Notes under the pieces: generated by a model
Database searches by the model: none
What the model saw: the letters and a program-made list of their open reading frames with translations, nothing else
What the model was told of the DNA's origin: nothing
Source of the DNA: Octopus vulgaris
Lineage: Eukaryota
Reading direction: 5' to 3'
DNA length: 64,000 nucleotides
NCBI GenBank assembly: GCA_951406725.2
Contig: OX597828.1
Location: 21,638,001 to 21,702,000, forward strand
Shown: positions 11,401-24,244 of the stretch, in pieces
Layout: every line of letters starts with the position of its first letter
How positions within the stretch are numbered: position 1 is the first letter of the stretch
Made by a program: the position numbers and the translations under genes

Positions 11401-12033
11401 ACCTTATATCTCACAATGAACATTTCTCTTATTAGCTCCAAACTGTTTAATTAAAACGACAGAACTATTATTATTCACATCAAGTTGACACGATACTGTT
11501 ACTTTGATGTTATTTTCTTATGTTCAAAATATTGTGACAACTATTCTTTAATATTAAAATCTTTTTAAAAATGATATGATGCTATTTGAAAAAAATTGCA
11601 TTTTAAAAAAATGGTATGATGCTATTTGAAGACGTTTCGGTTGCTATTTCTAGTATACGCAGCCATCCGGTAAATGTATTGATGTGGCAAAATTTGAAAT
11701 ATTGCCTAGGTAAATGCAACTGATGAAGACTGATCAAAGTTATGTTGTCAAACGTATTTGAAGAGTTAGAAACTGGTCCTGCATTATCCGATTCTAGGTT
11801 GTCCATTTATCGAATGTTCTTCCTAGAGGTAATACAAATTTTTCATGTTTGTTGCACACACACGTCTCTGCTAGTAAATACGCAGTGAAGCTATACAATA
11901 GCGTCGTACTTGTATCGATTGCTATTTTCCAGCAAATGTTGGTGCTTTGTTGTACCACTTATCTATTTTTATATGAATAATTCTACCCTTGTGGGGCTAT
12001 ATTTTACTGGAAAGTAATACATTTGTATTGCAT

Positions 12034-12104
<71 letters not shown>

Positions 12105-12196
12105 CATATATATGTATACATATATATATATATACATATACATATATATGTATATATGTATATATACATATGTATATTCTCTTATTCTTTTATTCT

Positions 12197-12233
<37 letters not shown>

Positions 12234-12369
12234 ATGCTGTATGTATAGCGGATTATCTTTGATTTTCTTCATTAACACATGCGTTAAACACGTAAACACA
12301 TGCTGGTTATTCTTGTTATTATTGAAAAATAATAAGATAACTTTACTTAAGGCAGTTGGTTGGGGGAGG

Positions 12370-12562
12370 GGTTAGCTTGCTGAGCAAACTACTTAGCGGC
12401 ATTTCGTTCGTCGCTCTATTTTGAGATCAAATTTCAGCGAGATCGGCTTTACCTTTCATCGTTTTGAGATCGATATTATAAGTACGAACCGAGACTTGGG
12501 GTCGGTGTAGTCGACATATCAATTCCACCAAATTGCAGACCTGCTACCAAAATTTGAACCCC
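12370..12562 (+). mobile_element. SINE family B, diverged
   Basis: CTTAGCGGCATTTCGTTCG...CTTTACCTTTCATCG...AAAATTTGAACC. Confidence 0.7.
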
Positions 12563-13156
12563 AAATTATTACGTTTATTAGAAACATAACGAATATATGC
12601 CTTAGGAATCAATAGTATATAAACCCTCCTGGGGTTAGAGAGGTCTAAACTGGGAGCATAAGAAAAGAAACACGTAGGAAGTTAAAATGGCTTTGAGAGC
12701 TGTGAGGAAATATTTATCTGTTAGCGACAATTCCTTCAAATATGGTAATAATTTAGGAAATATACTAAGTGTATGCTGAAATATCGGTTTAAATATTATT
12801 AAATGAATTAAAAGAAGATAGTTTGATGCAAAGAAACACGTACATGCATAAATACATACATGTATGCATGCATACATAAATGCATACACATACATGCACA
12901 TAGATAAACACATACGCATATAGATGAAGCTTTACATTGATGTCTATGTATATTAAATCTAGATGTATATGAATGTAGATATATTTGAATATATATATAC
13001 GTATATATATATATATAGATATACATGCATATATACAAACATATATTACTACAAATTTAAGCATACACCTATGTATTTCTCTCCCGCTTTAACACTCACT
13101 CTATGTATGTATATGAACGTATGTATGTATATGCTTGTGAGTATGTACACCTGTAA

Positions 13157-13263
<107 letters not shown>

Positions 13264-13276
13264 GTGTGTGTGTGTA

Positions 13277-13324
<48 letters not shown>

Positions 13325-13440
13325 ATATATATATACATATACATTCATCTATATCTATATATCTATACACACACACACACACAGACACACTGACATACAT
13401 ACGCACATATATATGAGCATACATAATCATGTATACTTAT

Positions 13441-13671
13441 TTCTTTATTACCTACAAGGGGCTAAACACAGAGAGGACAAACAAGGACGGACAAACGGAT
13501 TAAGTCGATTACATCGATCCCAGTGCGTAACTGGTATTTAATTTATCGACCCCGAAAGGATGAAAGGCAAAGTCGACCTCGGCGGAATTTGATCTCAGAA
13601 CGTAACAGCAGACGAAATACGGCTACGCATTTCGCCCGGTGTGCTAACGTTTCTGCCAGCTCACCGCCTTT
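13441..13671 (-). mobile_element. SINE family B monomer, young
   Basis: Near-consensus copy with a perfect 15-bp TSD ATCATGTATACTTAT at 13426-13440 and 13672-13686. Confidence 0.92.
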
Positions 13672-14052
13672 ATCATGTATACTTATGTTCAGATACGTAC
13701 ACATTTAAAGAGTCAAAACGCGTTGGTAATTGTGCCTCAATCTACTGAATGATAAGGAGAAAGAAATCTGCATGTTGGGTAACCACATAGAGAAAATGAT
13801 ATATATAAAATACATTTCTGAATTGAGGTAAATGATAAATATTTATACACTTGAATATCCAAAATTGATAAGTGTATAGGCATTATGAATTATATATTCA
13901 TTAGAATTTATATATACATGATAACCACACGCTAACACATAGAAACGTATCATTCATGTGCGCAAATACAATTACATGTAGGTCTGTGTGTATGTGTGTG
14001 TACATAACAATAAGCATGAATTTGAAGGAATATATATGTATGTATATATGTA

Positions 14053-14127
<75 letters not shown>

Positions 14128-14155
14128 TATGTGTTTATATGAATGCATAATCACA

Positions 14156-14195
<40 letters not shown>

Positions 14196-14228
14196 TATAT
14201 ACATATATATATATATACATATATATGT

Positions 14229-14279
<51 letters not shown>

Positions 14280-14477
14280 CATATATACATAAACATATAG
14301 ACGATAATTTACATTGACATATTTGTATAATAAATCTAGATGTAAATGAACGTAGCTATATTTGAATATATATACACATACAAATAAACATGCATGCATA
14401 TCTGCCTATATCACATACCTTAAACGAACACAGAATATTTATATATATATATGCTTCACGTAGATGTATACATATGC

Positions 14478-14546
<69 letters not shown>

Positions 14547-14747
14547 TTTATATATATATATAAATATATGTAGGTATGTTTTTGCACATGCATATGTTAT
14601 ACACAAACATACAGATACACATATGGACATACATACATCATTGGATTAACGCATTTATATATTTTATTTAATAATTCCGCTGATTATGTGGCGTTTATGC
14701 AGGCATACACAAACACATACACACTCATACCTATATATACATATATG

Positions 14748-14783
<36 letters not shown>

Positions 14784-14836
14784 TATATATATATATGTAT
14801 ATATATATATATACATATATATATACATAATATATA

Positions 14837-14880
<44 letters not shown>

Positions 14881-15170
14881 ATATATAATATATAATATAT
14901 AATATATATATATATATATATATGTATGTATATAAAACAGCAAACAGATACACATACCTATATATACTCGCGGTATCACGTCGCTTTGAAAATATAGCAT
15001 ATAAATATTTAGCGAGCCTCACCTATTCATCGATATTTTCAGGTATTTTGATATGAAAGGCAAATATAAATAAATTATTGTATAAAACTATCATACTTCA
15101 ATGGAAGAAATTACGTGACAGTAGAGATTATAAGCACACACACCCCCATCCACAAATGTATATGTATGTA

Positions 15171-15264
<94 letters not shown>

Positions 15265-15645
15265 GTATATATATATATATGTACGTGCACATACGTATAT
15301 ACACACATATATATATATATATACATATATACATCTATATACACCTATATATGTATTTATATATATTTACATATATATATATATTAATAATTATACATAT
15401 ATACATATTTATCGACTTATATATACATCCATATACACATATATGTACATATATATACTTATATATGCCTATATATATATACTGACGTATATATACAAAT
15501 ATATATACTTATGTACGTATATATATATCTATATATATTCATATGTATTCATTTATATATATGTGTACACACATACATACACATATATATGTAGATACAT
15601 ATATATATGCATGTAAGTCTATATATATGTATGTATGTACGTATG

Positions 15646-15681
<36 letters not shown>

Positions 15682-16173
15682 TATATACCGATATTTATTA
15701 AATTTTATATATGTAAATATATACGTACATACATATATCTGTGTGTGTATGTGTGCTTGAGTGTGCAAACAACAAATATTTATTGTAATAGTCGTGCCTC
15801 CTTACCCTCCACCACAAACATAACCATCAATATTTTGTCATTAGGGAATACGCCTTTTTATTTCCACCTACGCCACTTCCCTGTCGTATTATATTCATCT
15901 CCTTAAATGCCTCTATCTTTTGGTTTCTCCATGTTCATGTCTCCCTTTTTCTCTCCTTGTCTCCCAGTACATCCACATCACTACCTCTATGTGTGTACGG
16001 ATATTGTAATTTTATCGACTACACACATGCACACAGGCTCATACATGCATGTATTAATACACACACACACACACAAAAGATATTTACATATATTCAAATA
16101 TACATACAGATACATACAAAACAATAATTTGCATAAATTTATGTACAGACACACATATTTATACATACATATA

Positions 16174-16214
<41 letters not shown>

Positions 16215-16331
16215 CATATATAGATATATATACATATACATATACATACATATACATATATATATATATATGCATATATTCATATACATATATATGTGTA
16301 TAATGTATATATATATATATATGTATATGTT

Positions 16332-16363
<32 letters not shown>

Positions 16364-16383
16364 AATATATATATATATATATG

Positions 16384-16414
<31 letters not shown>

Positions 16415-16566
16415 ATGTAGTCCCATTCCTATTAACTTGATGTAGCCTCTCTCTCTCTCAGCATGTACATATGCACTATATGTATAAATATGTATATGTA
16501 TGTATGTATATATATATGTATGTATATATATATATATGTATATATATATGTATGTATATATATATG

Positions 16567-16665
<99 letters not shown>

Positions 16666-16676
16666 GTTTATAAACT

Positions 16677-16709
<33 letters not shown>

Positions 16710-17133
16710 GTTAAAATATTTATAGATTTGTGTATGGGAAATTATGTAAATGAACGCTATGAAAGTTGAAAACCCTAATGCAAACACCTAAATAAATATA
16801 TAAATAACAATTTTAATGCTTACACTCGCATATACTAACCTGCATAGACACACTCACGTATTCACACAGACTTACATCACACGAGAGAAGATCCCTTGAA
16901 TAACCACTTTACCGCCATTAATATTTTCAAAAGATTTTCTTAATGTCTAACTCCCATTTTGTTTATCTACTATTAAGTGTATAAAAATCTTAACACCGCT
17001 ACGAGCACAAAACAGTGGTAAATTTAGTTTTAGTAGTAGTAGCAGTAGTAGCAATAGTATTCGTCTTAGTTCTAGTACGAGTCAGCGAGTCATGATGATG
17101 ATGATAATAATGATAATAATAATAATAATAATG

Positions 17134-17180
<47 letters not shown>

Positions 17181-17194
17181 TATTATTATTATTT

Positions 17195-17340
17195 GAAATT
17201 TGGTGGACGAGGACTAGTCGATTACATCGACCTCTGTGTTTCACAGGTGCTTAATCTACCAAATTCAGAACATAACGTCAGACGAGATACCGCTAAGCAT
17301 TTCGCCCAGCGTGCTAACGATTCTGCCAGCTCGCTGCCTT
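17195..17340 (-). mobile_element. SINE family B, internally deleted, embedded in AAT/AAC repeats
   Basis: CCGCTAAGCATTTCGCCCAGCGTGCTAACGATTCTGCCAGCTCGCTGCCTT is the head in reverse. Confidence 0.85.
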
Positions 17341-17401
<61 letters not shown>

Positions 17402-17435
17402 GCAGCAATAATAATAATATTCATTATTATTATTA

Positions 17436-18020
17436 TATGACATTGTTCCACACTCGTTGATTATTGAATGACTTAAACCGCTTAAGGTTTCCCACAATAT
17501 CCTGAAGTTAATACAAAACTCAATGACAACGTGACTAACTGAACTCACAGCATGGGGAGATAAGCTGGGTGAGGTAAATATCAAAAGAAGAATCTTTCAA
17601 GGGGACAGGCTGTCGCCTCTCCTATTTGCTGTCTACATACTGTCATTAACGAGTGTTTTTAGAAAGATGCTTGTGGGGTACATGCTAGGCAATGTGAAAG
17701 TAAACAATCTCTGGTTTATGGATGACCTAAATCTATTTGCTCAGACTGAGAAAGAAGTGGAGAGTTGGACGATGACTGTGCAGATGATTAGCAAAGAGAT
17801 TGGCATGGAATTTGGAATCGAGAAATATGGTGTAATGTTTCCCAAAATGGCGAAAATCGTTAAAAACCATGGGATCAAGCCGGAAAGTGGTGAAACTAGA
17901 AAGGAAATCTGGGAGGATGGAAATAAGTACCTGGGTATCATTGAAAGAGATAAGATGAATGAACTCACGAGGAAAGAAATATACAGGAAATATTTGAGAA
18001 GAACCCCGCGTGTGCTATAC
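17436..18020 (+). mobile_element. Non-LTR retrotransposon RT fragment, R4/Dong-like, pseudogenised
   Basis: One frame with two stops: YDIVPHSLIIE*L...IKRRIFQGDRLSPLLF...NNLWFMDDLNLFA...IGMEFGIEK...KYLGIIE. The 5' truncation abuts (TAT)n. Confidence 0.9.
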
Positions 18021-18078
18021 ACCATGTCTCGCATATGTGGTTTACTGGGGTAAAGTGTATAGATGTTGGTTACATTAA

Positions 18079-18290
18079 TCTTCGAATTATGTAAAGTTTG
18101 TGACATGTTGCCTCGCTTATCACTAATTTATGCGTCACCAATCAAGGATAACATAGTACGCTTAATTACCCTTCACGCATAAGCGAAAGAAGGGTATTGC
18201 AATCGCTGGTCTCTGTCTGTCTGTATGTTGGCAAAATTACTGGAAAACGGCTGAACGGATTTTCCCCAAATTTGACACAAATACTAACTG
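18079..18290 (+). mobile_element. Helentron/HINE (DINE-1-like) non-autonomous fragment
   Basis: TTAATTACCCTT...AAGGGTA subterminal inverted repeat, then (CTGT)n, then GGCTGAACGGATTTTCCCCAAATTT, which is typical HINE architecture. Inverted partial copy at 19528-19643. Confidence 0.55.
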
Positions 18291-18554
18291 GTTGAGTGGA
18301 ACGAGTGAATGCAGAATGGTTTTATCACCCTCTGTGCATCTCGGACAGTCCCGCCTTACAGTGCTTCTAGGCATAAAAGGTCTATCTCGATATGGCAGCA
18401 GTCGTCTGGAAATTATCTATTGTAGTACCGGGCCGGAAAGTCCTCCAAAATAGACCATTTCATCCTTGTCGACGGCTAGAGTTTCCCCGAGAATGTCATC
18501 GCTCTAAACCATCACAGAATATCTACATACTGCCACCGTAGAATTTCCACCTGT

Positions 18555-18760
18555 CTGTTTGGCACAAGGCCAGCAATTTTGATGGGACAGGAAGTCGATT
18601 AAATAGACTCCAGGACTCAGCTGGTTCTTACACCATCAATTTCGAAAGGATGAAAAGCAAAGTCGATCTTGGTGGCATTTGATCTCAGATGGTTAAACAG
18701 CAAGAAATGTCGGAAACCATTTTTCTGGCGTGCTAACGTTTCTGGCAGATCGTCGTCTTA
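18555..18760 (-). mobile_element. SINE family B, diverged
   Basis: TTTGGCACAAGGCCAGCAATTTT...CGAAAGGATGAAAAGCAAAGTCGA...GTGCTAACGTTTCTG. Confidence 0.8.
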
Positions 18761-18768
18761 ATAACACT

Positions 18769-18769
18769 G

Positions 18770-18825
<56 letters not shown>

Positions 18826-18898
18826 TATAATTATAATTATAATTATAATAATGATAATAATGATAATAATGATAATAATAATAATAATAATGATGATG

Positions 18899-18948
<50 letters not shown>

Positions 18949-19026
18949 TATAATTAAAATAATAATAATAATAATAATAATAATTATAATTATAGTAATA
19001 ATAATAATAATGATAATAATAATAAT
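18769..19026. repeat. (AAT)n microsatellite
   Basis: Read directly from the sequence. Confidence 0.95.
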
Positions 19027-19254
19027 GTGAAGATTGATGTGAAGATTTGAAAAATGTTTGTCCAAATTTCAATAAGCCTTATGCAGTGTAAATAAAATCA
19101 GGGTTCATTGCTCGTATGGTGTTGTTGCGTCGTTAAACACAATCCCACACACATCATCACCAGCAACATATATACGAGAGAACCAAGCAACAACCAACAT
19201 GCGACAACAGCATTGTGCTATGGCCAAAAGTCGTGTAACTTGGATACCATCTTC

Positions 19255-19527
19255 ACTTTTATCTTTTGTTTGTCTTAGTCATTGGACCGTGGCCACCCTG
19301 GAGCACTGCTCTGGAGCTTTTAGGCGGACATATTGACACCTATACTTGTTTTTTTTTAAATCTGATATTTATCCTATTTGTAAAAACCGTTAAATTACGG
19401 GGACGGAAACAAACCGACACCGGTTACCTAGCGGTGTAGGGTGACATATGCATACAGAAACAGACATGTATATTTGTATGTATGTATGAATGCATGTATA
19501 CGATGGGCTTCCACACATTTTCAATCT
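19255..19527 (-). mobile_element. SINE family A partial, truncated by the HINE-like fragment
   Basis: Diverged 3' half and internal microsatellite, then CGATGGGCTTCCACACATTTTCAATCTACC. Confidence 0.7.
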
Positions 19528-19643
19528 ACCGGTGATTAAAATAACCTGCTTTCGCTTACGCGTACTATGTTATCCTTAATTGGTGACGCATAAATCAGTG
19601 ATAAGCGAAGCAACATGTCACAAACTTTTCATAATTCTAAAGA
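19528..19643 (-). repeat. Inverted copy of 18079-18210
   Basis: Reverse complement GAATTATGAAAAGTTTGTGACATGTTGCTTCGCTTATCACTGATTTATGCGTCACCAATTAAGGATAACATAGTACGC matches the 18084 region with few mismatches. Confidence 0.9.
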
Positions 19644-19656
19644 CATAATTCTAAGG

Positions 19657-19868
19657 ACCATATATAACATATATCCAGGTTGAGCATCGAGTCGTTCAAA
19701 CAACTAGTTAATAAAGGGAGTATGCGTGAAGTGAATCAGAGTTTATCACACACTGAAACTTGGTACTCCAACAAACCCTTTTTATAAATCTTTTATGGAA
19801 AACATTCTAGAAGTATTTTGATTGATCTATTGCATGAAAGCTGGGCTAATAAATCGTCCTTTCACGTG
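19657..19868. repeat. Direct repeat copy 1 (about 210 bp)
   Basis: Aligns to 21431-21656. Confidence 0.9.
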
Positions 19869-20461
19869 AACCAACATCTACATATTTTTCGCTACAAGGA
19901 TAAAGTAAACTTCATTTAAAATATTAGTGGTCAATGACAGGCCTCTCGGTCCCTATAAAGTGACTCTATTCTCCTGTGAATTATGTTAATGCAGATTCTG
20001 TCTTTCTGAGAAATTGCATATCTTGAAGCAGTCCATGTTATCACTCAACAGAAAATCTGTATATATTTATAATTGCTGTTACAAGCAAGAATTCGCCTTT
20101 CAACTCTTTTAACCAACTAATTAGGAATTTAATTCCATGAAACATCCAAGTATTAACTTCATTAGTAATGAACGATCATCTCCAGCGAGTTGGTTCTTCG
20201 GCATCCTAATGGCTTCTCCCCAATCTAATGCCAAGCGGAGATTTCTGCTGGTAATCTGCAACAGTTTTCCTCTCGCAGCATAGTTCGTCAAGGGGGCCAA
20301 CTTATTGTTGATACCACTGATGATGATGACAATGACAATGACGACGATAATGATGAAGATAACAGGAATAAGAAAGGAGACAATAGGAATAAGATAATTA
20401 TCGTCCGAATCAACTTTATCTACAACAGAACCACCACCACCAACACCTCTTTCCTTCCATT

Positions 20462-20633
20462 TCTTCTTCTTCTTCTTCTTCTTCTTCTTCTTCTTCTTCT
20501 TCTTCTTCTTCTTCTTCTTCGTCTTCTTCTTCTTCTTCTTCTTCTTCTTCTTCTTCTTCTTCTTCTTCTTCTTCTTCTTCTTCTTCTTCGTCTTCTTCTT
20601 CTTCTTCGTCTTCTTCTTCTTCTTCTTCTTCTT

Positions 20634-20664
<31 letters not shown>

Positions 20665-20711
20665 TTATTATTATTATCATTATTATCATTATTATTATTA
20701 TTATAATTATA

Positions 20712-20747
<36 letters not shown>
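20462..20747. repeat. (TTC)n tract of about 200 bp followed by (TTA)n
   Basis: Read directly from the sequence. Confidence 0.95.
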
Positions 20748-21303
20748 GAGTGAGAGAGCAGTTCATGCCATCAAAGTGACTCTGGGGTAAAATATACGAA
20801 GCCCAATATACCCATCATGACTACCCGTCTGATAAGGGTACACCAGGCACATGCATCACAACCATATGTGCACGACATGGTGATCTCATATCAAGATAAA
20901 CAGCACATGACCTTGCAGGTGGAGCCCAGTTAGAATTTTCTTCAAGTTGAGTAGCCCATCCCGCTCAAACGGTCCCTGAATAAGGGTTGTTTAAGGATGT
21001 TGAAAAAACCACCCATGTTTCCAGAGGTGAATTATTCAAACCCCAAAGAATCCCTCTCAACACATGGCTATGATGCTCCCCCACTACTTCTGCTCGTGAT
21101 CAGAGATGCACATATCGTCAGCCACTAAGGGACATGCTCAACTGGTTAAGGTCAAACAACTGACAAGCAAATCTGTGGTATTGAGCAGAATATTTGCTGT
21201 AGCCCATCTTTTATACCAAGACAAAACAATGTACATGATAACACTTCCAATCAGTCAAGATCAGAAGCCATGAGAGCCACTGCCTGGTACTGCATCAGGG
21301 CAT
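20748..21303 (-). mobile_element. 555-bp headless interspersed element inserted in (TAA)n
   Basis: Flanked on both sides by (TTA)n; highly similar partial copy at 53093-53504 with the same end; no tRNA head, TIR or ORF seen. The strand is inferred from the shared end. Confidence 0.8.
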
Positions 21304-21430
21304 ATTATTATTATTATTATTATTATTATATTGTAAGAAATATATAGTAACATGGATATTAAGCTGGATACAAAGGCTTCGTACTGGAGCTTGATTAAAC
21401 ATTTGAATCTGTACACATCGATTCATATCT

Positions 21431-21656
21431 ACCATATATAACACATATCCAGGTTGAGCATCGAGCGGTTCAAACAACTAGTTAATAAAGGGAGTGTACG
21501 TGAAGAGAATCACAGTTTATCACACACTGAAACCTGGTGCTCAACCAAACCCTTTTTATAACCCTGTTATCGAAAACATTCTAGAAGTATCTTGAATGAT
21601 CTATTGCATGAAAGCCGAGCGTTGATTGATTGGCTAATAAATCGTCTTTTCACGTG
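21431..21656. repeat. Direct repeat copy 2
   Basis: Aligns to 19657-19868, with an insertion of about 14 bp. Confidence 0.9.
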
Positions 21657-22039
21657 GATAGTTTTCAGCGATGTCGTAGTTTAAACTCCGTAATGTGGCG
21701 ACTCAGTTTCGAGTCCCACTACGCTATCACCGCTGTTCACGTTGATGGTCGTAAACGAACCTCGGACGAATAGTTTTTTAGGCCTACATAATAGATACGC
21801 GGCCAGATGCGTTATTGGCAGAAACAAAATTAGTATTCTTCATCTGATTTCTTGGTTCATTGGATGTGGAATTCACATCAAACGCCATATTGTTTTTCTT
21901 TTGCTTTTGTTTTAAAAGAAGAATTAAACAATATTAAAACACGACAAGAATTTCTGAGTATATCAAAATGGGTTTTAACACCAAATTTAACATCACTCCA
22001 AGTCATTATATATTCATCTTACATTATCGCTGAATACCA

Positions 22040-22072
22040 TTAAAACAACAACAATATCAACAACAACAACAA

Positions 22073-22104
<32 letters not shown>

Positions 22105-22180
22105 GAAGCAGCAGCAATATCATCAACGGCATCAACGGCAATAATAACAGCAACAAGAGTAGTAGCAGCAGTAGTAGAAA

Positions 22181-22235
<55 letters not shown>

Positions 22236-22426
22236 GGTGGTGGTGATGCTAGTAGTAGTAGTATTAGTAATAATAATAATGATAATGATGATGATGAATG
22301 ATGATGATTGTGATGATGATGAAGATGAGTGGTGGTGGTGGTGGTGGTGGTGATGATGATGACGACGAGCATGATGATGATGATGATAATGATGATGACG
22401 ATGATGACGACGACGACGACGACGAC

Positions 22427-22471
<45 letters not shown>

Positions 22472-22475
22472 AATA
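22040..22475. repeat. Compound triplet repeat (CAA/TAG/TGG/TAA/TGA/CGA)
   Basis: Read directly from the sequence. Confidence 0.9.
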
Positions 22476-22931
22476 GCAACATCATTTAAAATGGGAAAAG
22501 ACAACAGTGAGATCAGTAACAACAATATCGTTAATGAAAAATATATAAAAACCCCCACAATGATGGCTTAAACAACAAATATAACACCAAGAACAACAAT
22601 AGTATCAATCAACAACAACAACAGCAACGACGACGGCGATGACGGCGACGACGACGACAACAACAACAACAACAAGGGAAAAATAATATGAAGAAAATGA
22701 AACGATGCTTTCTGGGATTCATTAAACGTCTATAAAAACGCTTCATTAAAACGAAATATATTCACTGCTGCTGCTGTGATAAGTTAATGATAAACATCAC
22801 AACATCCGCATCACCCTAGCCGTTGTTGTTGCAACTGCTGGTGCTGGTGCTGGTGCTGGTGCTGTGGCGGCGGGAGTGGTGTTGGTGTTGTATGTCTATG
22901 AAGACGCAAAACGGAGAGGGAGACGGCGGTA

Positions 22932-22962
<31 letters not shown>

Positions 22963-23439
22963 AATGAATAAATAAATAAATAAATGAAAATCCCTTCAAT
23001 GATGTATGGCGATGTTTATTAAAATTTTATCAGATTTTAATTGCATTTGCTGTTAATTATATGTAGAAGGGAAGCAGCAACAACAGGAACAAGTACAATA
23101 ATCACGAACGACAACAATATAAAAAAAAAACGGCAACAACCACACGAAGTAGAGAATTCATTATATATATATATATATATGTATATATATAAATAAACTC
23201 TTCTGAAAAGATAGAAGTATTGAAACGAATCTCTAAGGAGATGATGGGAGAGTGGAACCCCCTTTATATGCATACTCTAGGGTGCATACTTATTTTAACT
23301 TTAATTTCAAATGGTCGCCCAATACTTTACATTAGATGTGTTCCCTGCCCCTAACTCTCTACACGCATATGGTAATTTAATAAAACAAATTTAACCCAGC
23401 AAAAACTAAGTTTATTTTAATAATAACTTGTGTACACAT

Positions 23440-24244
23440 TCTCGATCAGCTTTCTTATAAGATTTTTCCATGAAACTGCTTTCTACTTTGATGATTATTC
23501 AACTCGGCACCGGAACCGTTGTCATGGCTGCTCTAAATGTTTCTTATTCATTTTGGACGTGACCTGGATAATGGCGGCCTTCAGAGAAACCATAGTGTTG
23601 GGAAGATGTCGACTAGGCTCTCTTTTAACAACGCTTTAAACGTAGTTGTTCATGGGATTTAAATCTGGCGAGTCTGGTGTTATATCCTTTTATTCTCTTA
23701 TCCCTTTATCCCTTCCGTGGTTTCAGTCGTAGGTCTGCGATCATGTAGGGGCACCGCCTTAATTTATTGTCTTTCAGTTTTGTTGTCGCATTATAGCTGG
23801 AAGTTGGTCTATCATTGAAAATGTATCAGTTGATCTTTCCTGAATATATTCTGGAATGGTTCGTTGGTCCGGTTTCGTCATTAGGAGTTTACCCTATATT
23901 TATTTTTTTCAATATTTCAGTCGAGGCGCCTTACATATTTCAATTTTCTTTAGGGAAGCAATTGAACAACTGAAGACCTCTAAATCTCAAACTAGTACAA
24001 GAAAATGTTTTTTCGATTACATCATTCCTTCCTGGTCTACGTAGGAATTGTGTGAAAGTGCAGGGACTCGTTGAAATAGTAAAGGCCCTCTAATGCTTAC
24101 TTCATCCATCCAGGTTTTAACAACTGACCTCAGCACTTCAGTAAATCCAGCAGCATTAGCTCTAAGGCCTTGTGGAAATCTAAGAGATGGCAGGACATGA
24201 ACTTCGTTAATCACTGCTCTTAATAACATCATGATTGTTATCAC
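23440..24244 (-). mobile_element. maT/DD37D (Bmmar1-like) transposase relic, interrupted
   Basis: Minus-strand peptides NEVHVLPSLRFPQGLRANAAGFTEVLRSVVKTWMDEV...FQRVPALSHNS (24020-24244) and PDSPDLNPMNNYV*SVVKRE...NTMVSLKAAII...RFRCRVE (23440-23690). About 300 bp intervenes, including a SINE A scrap. Confidence 0.85.

Noticed and set aside
11620-11675. Minus-strand CCGAAACGTC resembling a hammerhead 3' half
   Set aside because: There is no CUGANGA, and the GTTGCTATTTCTAG segment resembles an old dispersed repeat also seen near 32760 and 55880.
20420-20689. Poly-Arg ORF (protamine-like)
   Set aside because: It is a translation of the (GAA)n tract.
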